From contig NC_043001.1 in assembly GCF_006345805.1 (NCBI RefSeq), positions 73,036,001 through 73,100,000 of the forward strand: a stretch of 64,000 bases of DNA, given 5' to 3'. Position 1 is the stretch's first letter. Each line of letters starts with the position of its first letter. The notes under the pieces were generated by a model that worked only from the letters and a program-made list of their open reading frames with translations, made no database searches and was not told where the DNA came from. The translations under genes and the position numbers were made by a program. This stretch comes from Octopus sinensis. Its lineage: Eukaryota. Shown in pieces: positions 1 through 11,865 of the stretch.

Positions 1-49
1 CTGCATGTCAACCTATTAATCTACCGGCCTCTCTACCTATATACCCTTT

Positions 50-258
50 TCTACTCTAGGCTCAAGGTCCAAAATTTTTGTGGAGGGGTCCAGTCGATTA
101 GATCGACCCCAGCATGCAACTGGTACTTAATTTATCAACCCTGAAAGGATGAAAGGCAAAGTCGACCTTGGTGGAATTTGAACTCAGAACGTAAAAACAG
201 ACGAAATACCACTATGCATTTTGCCCGGCATGCTAACGTTCCTGCCAGCTTGCCCCTT
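50..258 (-). mobile_element. SINE family B copy (tRNA-like head)
   Basis: Reverse complement of the recurring unit GGCxGCAAGCTGGCAGAAxCGTTAGCA...GTTCAAATTCC (B box)...CATCCTTTCGGGGTCGATAAATTAAGTACCAG; matches copies at 4936, 20530-20955, 36350-37185 and 63715. Confidence 0.85.
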
Positions 259-869
259 TTCTCTACCTGTATATCTACCTATCTATCTGTTTTCTATCTA
301 TCTATCTAACTTCTGTTTATCTGTCTAGCTATCTACTTGTCTAGCTACATGCATACCTATCAGCTCTGCTCACTATGACAGAATATGTCATTTCAAAAGT
401 CACAAGTCCATATGGTGAAAAGTTCATTTTGATTTAAAATGTGCATATTTTGAATTTTAAGAAAAAAGAGAGATTTTGTTAGTTAAATTTAATTGTGAGA
501 TATGTTGTAATTATGAGAAAACTAAGAATGAAGAATCTTCTCTTGCAGGAATAAGATAGATGTAAATGACTGGACCAAAACAAGTCAAGAACACAAAAAC
601 AAACAAAAATCACTGTGTTTACCATATGGTGTATCTGTTAATTAATAGAAATAATAAAAACTGGGATTTTGGCTTGTAATAACAATAATTTAACACTGTA
701 TGTTGGCGGTTTAGAGGTACTAATAGTCTTTGACTAGTGTGGGAGTGGATACAAGTATGTAGCAAATATGCTAATAATGAAATATTTTTAATGGAATTAT
801 AATGAAGTAAATTTATAAATGTATTTTGGGGTTGGCCATTTGTGCATCTACCATATTATTATTATTATA

Positions 870-1540
870 TCTGCTGAGGTCGACTTACATCCTTTAAAGA
901 TCGATAAAGTAACAGTTGAAAACTGGGGTCAATGTAATTGACTCATCTCCTGCAAAATTACTGCCGTTGTGGCAAAATTTGAAACCATTATTATTATTAT
1001 TATTCAGATCACAGGTTGGCAGAATTGGTAGCACACTGGTCTAAATGCTTAGCAGCATTTCTTCTGTCTCTTTATGCTCTGAGTTCAAACCCTGCTGAGA
1101 TCAATTTTGCCTTTTGGGGTCAATAAAATGAAGTAGCAGTCAAATACTAGGGTCAATAAAATCAACTTACCACTCTCTTCAAAATTGTTTGCCTTGTGCA
1201 AAACTTACAAAGAATTCTTATTAATGTAATTATTTGTTTCTCCTGCAATCAACTAGTCTGCTCCCACCAAATTTCAGGCCTTATACCTATAGAAGAAAGG
1301 ATTATTATTACCATTATTATTAGGGTGGTGAAGCGGCAGAGAGGCAAAATGCTTAACAGTATTTTGTCCGTCTGTACATACTGATTCCAAATTTTGCCCA
1401 GATCAACTTTGCTTTTCATCCTTTCAGGGTCGATTAAATAAGTACCAGTTAAGCACTTGAGTTGATGTAATTGATTTCCCCCTCCAAAATTGCTGACCTT
1501 GTACCAAAATTTGAAATTATCATTATTATTATTATTATTA
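870..1540 (+). mobile_element. Head-to-tail cluster of about 4 partial or complete SINE-B copies separated by (ATT)n
   Basis: Repeated GAGTTCAAA..GTCAACTTTGCxTTTCATCC..AAGTACCAGT..CAAAATTTGAAAxCATTATTATT modules. Confidence 0.8.
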
Positions 1541-2359
1541 TCCTATTAGATGCTTTAGAATGCTAATATTATTATAAATTTGTTTACTTAGTCTAGACAA
1601 TGGAAGATCAGTGACCTTCAAGTAAATAAAATCCACCCCCTCCTTCTGATTCATCTCACTATTCAAGGCAAATATTCTGTACTGCTATTTCCTGTTTATA
1701 TCAATAAAATAGTTTGTAGTTATTTTGTTTTTTACATCCTCTCTTTATTTAATACAATTTCAACACATGTACACATATGTAGACAGAGGCACATATGTAC
1801 TTACATCTATGTATGTAAATATGTAGAAGGCCTGAACATTTGCATATATTTGTGTTTGTATGTGTGCATACAGACACACACACTGTCTTTATAATACAGG
1901 GTAACCATGTATCTCCTCTACAGCAAGATATCTGTGCTGGTTCCTTTATTGCACTTTAGCTTCTCAACACCTGTCATAAAGCTACCTCCTTCTCTACTGC
2001 ATTCTCACTTAGTCAAGTTTTTCCCTTTGTCTTGTGAGTTACTTGGTGACCTTATTTCTGCTGCTGTAATAAGAAAGAAAGCACCCAGTAAATTCTGTGA
2101 AGTGTTTGGCATTGGGAAGGCTATCTAGCTTTATAAACCATGCCAAAGCAGACACTGGAGCTTGATGCAGTCCTCCGGCCCATTGGATCCTGTTAAACCT
2201 TCCAACCAGTGGCAGCATGAAAGACTGGCATTAAATGATGGTTATGATGGACACGTGCACACACACACCAACAGCAGTACCCAGCCATATTAAAGTGTTT
2301 ATTAACACTTTAAATATAAACAATCATAAATTCCCTATGTGTTGAGTAAATTGCTTTAA

Positions 2360-2525
2360 CCCTTTAGCATTTAAACTGGCCATATCCCAGATCTGGCCTC
2401 TCACCCCAACCCTACAACATCATTCTAAAAATTAAGTTACCTCATCAAAATCTCAAAGCTATAAGATAGTGCTTGATTAATTGAAAACAATGTGAATAAA
2501 TAAGCATTACTTTTGACAGAATAAT
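2360..2525 (-). mobile_element. TTAA MITE family 2 copy, internally deleted and truncated
   Basis: Starts TTAA|CCCTTTAGCATTTAAACTGGCC; reverse complement of the MITE at 23242-23461. Confidence 0.8.
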
Positions 2526-3790
2526 GTGAATGGTAAAGGATTAAAATGACTCCGACAATCTTCAGTTGGTTCAAGAATGTTGATTCACACTGAACTGTTG
2601 CATCTAAATTTGCCAAAAAGTGGTTCAAGCTTTGTAGAAATTAATGGAATAAAAAATAAATATGGAACCTTGAATAAAATTCTATTCTTATTCCTTGTTT
2701 CTGAGGAAACATGATTTTTTTTTCAAAATACTATATACTAATTTATATTATCACTCTAAATGAGCTTTTTTTTTTTCTAATCAGTAAGTTTTCTCGCATC
2801 TACTGTAATACTTGGTGGGTATACAATATTCTTAGCTTTCTTTTCATGAGTACAAAATGAACAAATATCTGTGTTCACAATTCTAGAAAAAGGGAAATGC
2901 AGCCGACCCAGTATGATTTCAATTTTCCTTTTTTAATAAGTTTTGAACAAAAAGTCACATGGTCACTGAGGTCATAAAATTCCTGGAAAAACTGAACTAA
3001 AAGTTTACTAGTTCAATCCCCACTCTTTTGTATTTTTGGTGTTGTTCTGTCTACTTCAATTACAAAGGTCATATTTCAATTTAATTGTTGGGTGACTAAT
3101 GATGTTTCAGTTATTAAAACAAGAATTATTATTGTAGTAATCTATGTTAATATGTAGTTCTGCTGACTCATCTAACTAGTGTAAATAACAACTACATTTA
3201 AATATAATCAATGTTTCATTTGTTGTTGTTTATGCTTTAGTCAGAACAAGAGGAAAAGAGTGAAGCCTCTAGGACAGACGAGAAGTAAAGAGTAACTTGA
3301 TCTTTAATCCTTGTCTGTCTGCAATAGACACGACTTCTTTAAATGCACTTAGAGTCTAGGTTATGAATAAAGTGATGAATTAAGTATATTATCAAGGAGC
3401 AGAAAATATCCCTCTGTTGAGCTTCCTTACAGTTTCTATTTGCTGAATTTTACTTTGAATAACCTATCACCACAAAAGAACAGCATTTGGCCATGTGGTA
3501 CTATGCAGTGTAATTGAACCTGTAACTACATGATTACAGAGCAATCTCTTTCACTACACAACCATTGACTGTCACAGAGTTGTTATTTACTTGACTTAAT
3601 GTAATCTATAAAGACAGTTTAACCTTGTTTTGTTGCATAGAATATCACTTGAACAAGTGAAGGAATAAAATAAATGAAATATTTTGATGTATTTTACTTT
3701 TAATTGGAAAATACTGAATAAACTCTGTGTGTGTCTGTAGTGCTTTGCTGAAATTATATCTTAATAGATTTGCACAACTGTTCTCTCATA

Positions 3791-3793
<3 letters not shown>

Positions 3794-3879
<86 letters not shown>

Positions 3880-3897
3880 CCTCCCCCCTCTCTCTCT
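3794..3897. repeat. (CT)n microsatellite
   Basis: About 100 bp of CT repeat; source of the SLSLSL ORFs. Confidence 0.98.
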
Positions 3898-4892
3898 ATG
3901 TTATATCATCATCATCCTTCTAATAATTATTCTTTATTGCTACACCTCTTTTCTGGCAATTGTCAAGAAATTGTGATTAGATGTGTTCAGCTAAAATGTA
4001 CTTGAATTTTGTCTGTTGCCAAACTGATGAAGCTGTGAGAGACTGTCTTTTCACACTGGACTGTGTCAAAAGAGATTATTACTAAATGGTGTAAATGTTG
4101 ACTTAAATATTTACGGAAAAGTAAAAAAAAATCTGTGACAATCCTACATCTCACTTGTGATACTTCTTTGAAGAAATCAACAAAAACAATTGAAAACAAG
4201 ACACTCTTGTAATCTCAAAAACACACATACACACACAACGCATATTTAATAATAATAGATGTATAATAATACACACACACACACATATATGTATGTATTT
4301 ACATATATACACACTCATACTTACATATATGCATACATACATATCTCGGATTTTGTTTCTATTAAATGGTGCAATCTTAGTGTTCCCACTTGCAAACAGC
4401 ACTTGATAAGCTTAATTCCCAGACTACCTACTGCATTCTGAACACTTGAGATGTAAGTGCACTGTCATTAGGCTCACAAAACCACGACACCACTTACAAA
4501 CAAACCTAACATTTACATTGCTTACTACACACTTCTCACTTTTGTTTCCTACCCACTTTTTCTCTTTCATGTATTTAAGTAATGCTTCTTTCTTCTAATG
4601 CACTCACGTGATATTATTGCTAGATATCTTTGGAGAAGTAAGAATTTTTTTTTTTTTACTAACTTAACTGCTTTTTATCATTTGTCTTGCTCCCTAATCT
4701 TGTTCTGTCTCCTTGCCCCCAATCTTTTACATTCAGCCAGTTCTGGGCATTGTTTCTCAGATGAACATCAATGAAAACTTTATCGTAAAGAATCCTTCCT
4801 TGTCATAAACATTTGTTCTCTATTTACTGTTATCTTTCCTCTTCTAATTCACTATTTTAGTTTCATGCCCTTTGGAGGATATTTAGAATGTA

Positions 4893-5740
4893 GGTGCAGA
4901 CATGGCTGTGTGGTAGGAAGCTTGTGTGGCTGTGTGGCAGCAAGCTGGCAGAAACGTTAGCACGTCAGGTGAAATGCTTAGCAGTATTTCATCTGTCTTT
5001 ATGTTCTGAGTTCAAATTCCGCCGAGGTCGACTTTGCCTTTCATCCTTTTGGGGCCGATAAATTAAGTACCAGTTATGCACTGGGGTTGATGTAATCGAC
5101 TTAATCCCTTGTTTGTCCCTCTATGTTTAGCCCCTTGTGGGCAATAAAGAAATAAGAAGCTTGCTTCCCAACCACATGGTTCTGAGTTCAGTCCTACTGT
5201 ATGTGATTTTAGTCCTACTGCAAGTGTCTTCTACTTTAGCCTCAGACCAACCAAAGCCTTATCAGTGGATTTGGTAGACAGAAACTGAAAGAAGGCCATT
5301 GTATATATATATATATATATATTTGTGTGTGTCTTTGTGTATGTGTTTCCCCCACCACCACTGCTTGACAACCGGTGTTGTTGTGTTTACATCCCTGTAA
5401 CATAGTGGTTGATTCATTTGATTAAAATTTCTTCAAGGTGGTACCCCAGCATGGCCACAATCTAATGACTGAAACAAGTAAAAAATATACATGTGTGAAT
5501 ATTTGCGTGTGTGCATGTGTGTGTACACACATGTATATCCCCATCACCACTGCTTGACAACTGGTACTGATGTATTTACATCCCCATAACCTAGTGGTTT
5601 GGCAAAAGAGGTCAATTGAATAAGTACCAGGCTTTAAAAAGATAGGTACTGAAGTCAATACATTTGATTAAAAATTCTTCAAGGAGGTGCCCCACCATGG
5701 CCACAGTCTAATGACTGAAACAAGTAAAAGATAAAAGATA
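4893..5740 (+). mobile_element. Composite SINE-A with duplicated head, nested SINE-B (4936-5153) and duplicated 3' module
   Basis: A head GGTGCAGACATGGCTGTGTGG is interrupted by a B copy and resumes at TAAGAAGCTTGCTTCCCAACC; the 3' module ending GAAACAAGTAAAA occurs twice. Confidence 0.85.
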
Positions 5741-6112
5741 TCCATCACAGTTCTCTGCCCTTATGTAGGTTTTTTTGTTTTTTCTTTTAACCTCTGTTCT
5801 TCATCATCTTGGCTGGAAGTATCTTATAAGTTAACTTAGTCATACACTATCAGATGAAGAGAATGAATCAATTGTTTTAATATTCACTTTACCCTGCTTG
5901 CATGGGTAGAATGGAGTTTATTGAGGCAGATACTCTACAGTTGGATGCTCTTCCTGTTACCAACCCTTACTTGTTTCCAAGTAAAGTAATATATCCCCAT
6001 GAAAAGATGTTTTGAAGAATACTGGAAATGAATGACACTGCTTATATGACGGTGACTCTCATTTACAATTACCACATGATGTCAAAACAAGGTGATGCAA
6101 ACATAAACAGAC

Positions 6113-6133
6113 TCACACACACACACACACACA

Positions 6134-6208
<75 letters not shown>
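6113..6208. repeat. Compound (CA)n(TA)n microsatellite
   Basis: Read directly. Confidence 0.97.
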
Positions 6209-6212
<4 letters not shown>

Positions 6213-6330
6213 GAAATTTGCAGAAAAACAAAAGACAAAGACAGGTGTATAAACACCAAGCAGGTGTATTAGTTAGACACTCAGGAAGGTGAGAAAGTCT
6301 TTTATGTTTCGAGCCTCATCTCTTCAACAG
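6209..6330 (-). mobile_element. Possible Penelope-like element terminus with a degenerate hammerhead-like motif
   Basis: Abuts (TA)n; the minus strand of 6306-6330 reads CTGTTGA-AGAGATGAGGCTC-GAAAC. Confidence 0.35.
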
Positions 6331-7954
6331 TGACTTTGACATGTGAATGTGTGTGGATGATAGGTGGAGTATTCAGTGCTAGTGTGTGTGGGTTGGTGTG
6401 ATATGATGTGGTGTGGCAGTGTTGGGGTACATACACATATGTACATATATACATATACATACATACCTAGGTAGGCAAGGTAAGCAGAGCCTACCTTTAA
6501 TGAAATAGTTCGATAGCAGCATTTTCCTTTAATGGCAAAATATGCACCTGATTCAATAAAATTATGAAAGTTACTCTGATTACTATGCATAAAATGCAAA
6601 ATATTTTATTTTTTGTAGATTAGGTAAGCATAATTCACCCTTGCTTTTCAATCTCAGTATTTAAGCTATGCATAGTACTGCTGTAGTACATGTGCTATGT
6701 ACACTCTTAGAACAGTTTTCTTTATGTGATATAAAGGCAGAAATAAATCTGCCTTCAACTCAGTCTCACACCTGTGTTTTGCTTAGTTTTTGTGTGTAGG
6801 CACCAACTGCTTACTCTGAGTAATTACTGATGGCTCATGCCTGATACAGTCATACATACACACACACACGTATGTATGTATATACACACACACACTTACG
6901 CACAACAGGCGTCTTTCAGTTTTCATCTACTAAATCATTCACAAGGCTTTGGTCACTCTGGGTCTGTAATAGAAGGCACTTGCCCAAGGTACCATGCAGT
7001 GAAACTGAACCTGGAACCATGTGGTGGGAAGTAGACTTCTTAGCCACACAGCCATGCCTGCATCTCTTTGATAAAATTGATATGATTTTTACTTTAATAA
7101 TTGAGTTGTTTATGGTTGCAATATAACTTGCTCGAAAAATATGTGGAATTTGCCAAATTACCAGAATAATCCTACTCATGATATTGTAGTAATCTGTAAA
7201 AAGTATTTCTTTTTAATATTTAAGTATTTCTTTTTATTAAGACTCAAGAATAAACTGTAAATTATGACAGTCATTTAAGCTACAGGAAACCAATTCATCT
7301 TGACACCATTTTAAAATTATCAGCTTCTCCTTAAAATCATACTGGTTTCAACAGAGCTTAAATATCGCTTTAATTCTTGCCAACAATGAACAAACACTTT
7401 TGGTATTGTTGTTATACATAAAGCAAAACATTAATTTTAGTAAAAATAAATACATTTTTTTTTGTTTTGTACAGATGACATCATAATGTTAATGGTAACA
7501 ATATGGTTTGGTAGACTTTCTAAGGAATTATTACTTTGTCCTAATTTAACAAGTGTTGCAACCATTCTACTGCTATTCTGACAAGGAGTTTTGGTTAATT
7601 AATATGATAATCAGATGTCAACTGTAATATAATTGTGAAGACTGTTATTGGAATGTTGATTTTTTAACATTTCATCACTTTACAATTTCCACATGTTTTA
7701 TAATTTAAATTAAAATGTTTAGCAGTAAACAAAATGCTTTTTTGAGGCAATTCTCCTAGGAAAAATAAGACTTCAGAATTTTAATAATAATAATGTTGTG
7801 CCAATTTTAGTAAAAGTAGCTTAAGTACAATCAGCCATGATGCAAATACAATACAATATTGTGCTGTGTGTATATAATTGGTTAGATTGTTACTTTTAAG
7901 GGTTTCAATCTGTATGTTGGCTGACTGAATATTAATTTATACTAAATAATAGAT

Positions 7955-8395
7955 TCAGGCTTGGGTATGTGACTATGAAGCTTGCTTTGAAACCATCTGG
8001 TTCAGTCCTACTGCACAGCACCTTCAGTAAATACCTTCTACTATAGTGTTGAACTGGCTAAAGCTTTGTGATTGGAATTAGGTTTATGGAAACTGAAAGG
8101 AGACTGTCATGTGTATTTGTGTATGTGTATACGTGTGTATGCATTTGTGTGTATGTATATGTGTGTTTGTGTGTACCCATATTTTGATGTCCGGTGGTAG
8201 TTGTAAACAAGTGTCACCATCATACTAGTGGTGTTGTTCATTTCTAATCTCCTGTGGAAAATGTCTGACCATGCCACGGTGAAATAAGACCTTGCTTAGA
8301 AACCAATAAGGGTTTGTGCCTGGAAGGGCATCTGGTCATAGAAAATCTGCTGTGATGAATTCTGTCTAATCTGTGCAAGCATTAAATGATGATGA
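7955..8395 (+). mobile_element. SINE-A head with RTE-type tail ending in (GAT)n
   Basis: A head, (TG)n, then ...GGAAGGGCATC...AATCTGC...TGCAAGCATTAAATGATGATG. Similar copies near 13310-13712 (-), 15825-16240, 35200-35780, 53785-54110 and 61020-61385. Confidence 0.8.
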
Positions 8396-8949
8396 TGGTG
8401 GCAATGGTGAAAATGATGATGATTAATTCAGGTTCATGTTTGTAGTAAACTTCTTTTTTTTTTTGCGAGACCTGTCTTGTAAATATTGATTGAAATTTGT
8501 TACAAAACATGCAAATGTATGTTATTAATATTTTTTGTAATATTTTAGTCCTTGATGTTCCTTGACATTATTTCATACATAAAAACCAATATTTTTACTG
8601 ATATCTCAAAGGGATTTATTGCTATATTTTTTAATGTCTAGTTGTTGTCAGGTATTGTTACTACTGGATACCACTATCATCTTTAAACACTATGTCTCCT
8701 AACAATGTTATGCTTCAATTTCAAATTAAGTTTTAAACTTTTTTTTTGCACTTTAAATATTTCATCTTTCTGAACTTTTCTATGATATTAGATTTTAATA
8801 TTTTTATATGATGACATATAAGCCACAGGCATGGCTGTGCGGTTAACAAGTTCACTTCTCAACCACAAGGTTTCAGGTTCCTTTCCACTTTGTTGCAACT
8901 TAAGCACATGTCTTTTGTGAATTAAACTATCACGCATGTGTGTGTGTGT

Positions 8950-9298
8950 GCGTGCGTGCGTGTGTGCATAAACTGGCACTCCATTGGTTATGATGACGAG
9001 TGTTCAAGTTTATTCAGTCAATGAAACAGTCTGCTCATGAAATTAATGTGTAAGTGGGTGAGCACTCTACAGACACTCGTACCATTAGTTTAGTTCTCAG
9101 GGAGATTCAGCATGACACAGAAAGTGACAAGGCTGGTCCTTTTGAAGTACAGGTACAACATAATTTTTGTCAGTTGAGTGGACTGGAGCTATGTAAAATA
9201 AAATATCTTGCTCAAGAAGTCAGTGTGCCACCAGGAATAAAACTCATGATTATATGATCATGAGCCAAATACTCTAGCCACTAAGCCACAATACCTCC
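8950..9298 (-). mobile_element. SINE family D copy (tRNA-like head plus CTTGAGCAAG..TTTCA..TGCTCCAGT central block)
   Basis: Shares head and central block with 13770-14034 (-) and 19240-19610. Confidence 0.75.
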
Positions 9299-9398
9299 AC
9301 ACACACATACACACATATATATGTGTGAATTTATAGAGGGTTCAGTAGTCAGTCTAACGAACTATTACTTTGTCCTAATTTAACAAATATTGCAATCA

Positions 9399-9722
9399 AG
9401 CGCAGGTGTGGCTGTGTGGTAAGAAGCTGTAGGCACAACTGTGGCTGTGTAGTAAGAAACTATAGGCACAGGCGTGGCTTTGTGCTAAGAAGCTATAGGC
9501 ACAGGCATGGCTGTGATTAAAAGCTGTAGGCATAGGTGTGGCTGTGTACTAAGAAGCTATAGGCATAGGTGTTGCTGTGTGCTAAGAAGCTATAGGCACA
9601 GGCGGGGCTGTATGCTAAGAAGCTATAGGCACAGGCATGGCTGTGTGATAAGAACCTATAGGCGCAGGCATGGCTGTGTGATTAGAAGCGATAGGCACAG
9701 ACGTGGCTGTGTGGTAGGAAGC
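9399..9722 (+). repeat. Tandem array of about 10 x 33-bp SINE-A 5' heads
   Basis: Unit GGCACAGGCRTGGCTGTGTGCTAAGAAGCTATA; the last unit continues into a full SINE-A. Confidence 0.93.
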
Positions 9723-9853
9723 TTACTTCCCAACCATGGTTCTGGGTTCAATCCCACTGTGTAACACCTTGGTCAAGTGTCTTTTACTATAGCCTTGGGC
9801 TAACCAAAGCCTTGTGAGTGGATTTGGTAGACAGAAACTGAAAGAAGCCCATC

Positions 9854-9921
<68 letters not shown>

Positions 9922-10152
9922 AATGTGTGTTTGTCTTTGTATCTGTGTTTGTCCCCCATTACCAATTAACAACTGGTATTGGTGTGTTTATGCCCTCATA
10001 ATTTAGCAGTTCAGCAAAAGTAACCGATAGAATTAGTACCAGGCTTAAAAAAGAAAAAGTACTGAGGTCAATTCATTCAACTAAAAATTCTTCAAGGCAG
10101 TCCCCCATCATAGCTGCAGTCTAATGACTGGAAAAAAAAAAGGTAAAAGATA
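9693..10152 (+). mobile_element. Full-length SINE-A (head, internal (TA)n, tail ending TAAAAGA)
   Basis: A box TGGCTGTGTGG and B box GGTTCAATCCC; body matches 42835-43260 (-), 37980-38390 (-), 45755-46175 and 55022-55366. Confidence 0.88.
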
Positions 10153-10182
10153 CATATGAGTTTTTTCCTAAATTTAGCAAGA

Positions 10183-10269
<87 letters not shown>

Positions 10270-10821
10270 AGTGAAGTGTCCTTCATCTCCAATTTTCCAT
10301 GAAAATATGTCCAGCTATGGAAAAATATTACCTTGCTTGAAAACACTTGTGGTTGGAAAGAGGAAGGACATCTGGTCACAGAAAACTTGCCTCAACAAAT
10401 TTTGTCCAAGCCATGCAAGCATAAAAATATGATGAAATTGCTGATGACATCAGCGATAATGCTGATATTAGAGGGATTCACAATTCAGTCATTGAGTTTT
10501 TAACTTTTATAACTAATTACTAATATGATCAGATCACCTTACAAGATCCAGCTCGAAGATATAAATGCACAATCAAGAGTCACAATAGACACAAAAGATC
10601 TGCACCATACCAATTTCACAACTTTGATTGCTCAGCAAGTAGCATTTGTTACAAATTATAAAATAAAGAAACTAAAGCTCTTGCTATATATCCCCTTATA
10701 TTGCAATATGTTTTTAATTTAGACTGGAAGATTAGATCATCTGCTCAACGGTTACTCACCATGGAATATAAGCTTTGATTGGAATCATTAAACTGTGTGT
10801 AGTGAAGTATAGATGTAATAA

Positions 10822-11865
10822 CCCTTTCATTACCAAACCGCCCAAAGCCGCCCGAAAAAAATTTTGGTTAATGTGACCAAACCGCCCAAACCTGCCTGTA
10901 TTTACCTATTCATATTTAAATGAGAATATCAGAGCAAATCTATTTAGTACATTCGTGAAAACACGTATTATACTTCGTAAACAGTTCAACTACAGTTTTG
11001 TACAACAATCGAAATTTGTTCCTATTGTGTTTTCAAAATTTGTAATTCTGACAAAAAATGGATACGAATTTCATTATATCAAGCAGCGAGTCAGAATTCG
11101 AAGGATTTTCTACTGAAGACCTTCATAAATCTAACTCTATGACTGAAAAAAAAAAAGCACGTGGTATTTGATAATGAATCTGATGTTTCATTTTCCGAAA
11201 GTGAAAACAGTGAATCCGAGAGCTCCGACAGCGATAAAGAAAATGAATTGGCACCTGAATGGAGTGAAAATTTAAAAACTGTTTCTTTCGGTGATTTTTC
11301 TGAAGAAACTGGACCAAGCCACAGACTTTCCCAGGAGAGTAAAGCCTTAGACTATTTCTTTTTACTTTTTCGAATGAGCCTATTTGAAATCATTACGGCA
11401 GAAACGAACCGTTACGCTAAATGTAAACAAAGCGAAAGAAATGATAGTTAGTGGTTTCCCATAACCTTAAATGAAATTAAGACTATTTTGCCATAAATAT
11501 TATTATGGGTATCAGAAAGTTACCCAGAATAACAAATTCTATCGTAAAATTTTGTTGTATACCCAATTGAATATTAGCTAATAACCCATTTTCTATAGCG
11601 ATGCTTGAACAAAATTTTAATAATTTTATATTTTGTTGAATTTACCTGTATCTACCTGCAATTAGAGTCACTTTGTGACAAAAATTATAGTATAGAATTG
11701 GTTGAGAACATTTCATTAAATTATCTTCCAAAACTCACATTAATATATTGATAAATAAAAAAGTTATAGTTGTTTAATGAAACTAGACTAAATTTATAAT
11801 TATGTTAGAAATTAATTGAAACACATAAGGGGTGTATTTTGGTCAGAAATATAGTAACGAAAGAG
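10822..11865 (+). mobile_element. Internally deleted piggyBac DNA transposon
   Basis: Imperfect TIRs CCCTTTCATTACC / AGTAACGAAAGAG, flanked by ATAA and TTAA; subterminal ACCAAACCGCCCAAA twice; carries a transposase N-terminus. Confidence 0.88.
11058..11545 (+). pseudogene. piggyBac (PGBD-like) transposase N-terminal remnant
   Basis: MDTNFIISSSESEFEGFS, acidic Ser-rich tract, YFFLLF..IITAETNRYA, then *WFPITLNEIK and IIMGIRKLP after a frameshift; the catalytic DDD core is missing. Confidence 0.85.

Noticed and set aside
3727-4441. SLSLSL, THTH and YIYI ORFs here and throughout the window
   Set aside because: Translations of (CT)n, (CA)n and (TA)n microsatellites.
9399-9722. CRISPR-like array or RHRCGC-repeat protein (ORF 9507-9764)
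   Set aside because: Units are contiguous with no unique spacers, no cas genes are present, and the unit is a SINE head; the ORF is a by-product of a 33-bp period.
9693-9775. tRNA genes at A-box/B-box motifs
   Set aside because: They are SINE heads continuing into SINE bodies, with no intact cloverleaf.
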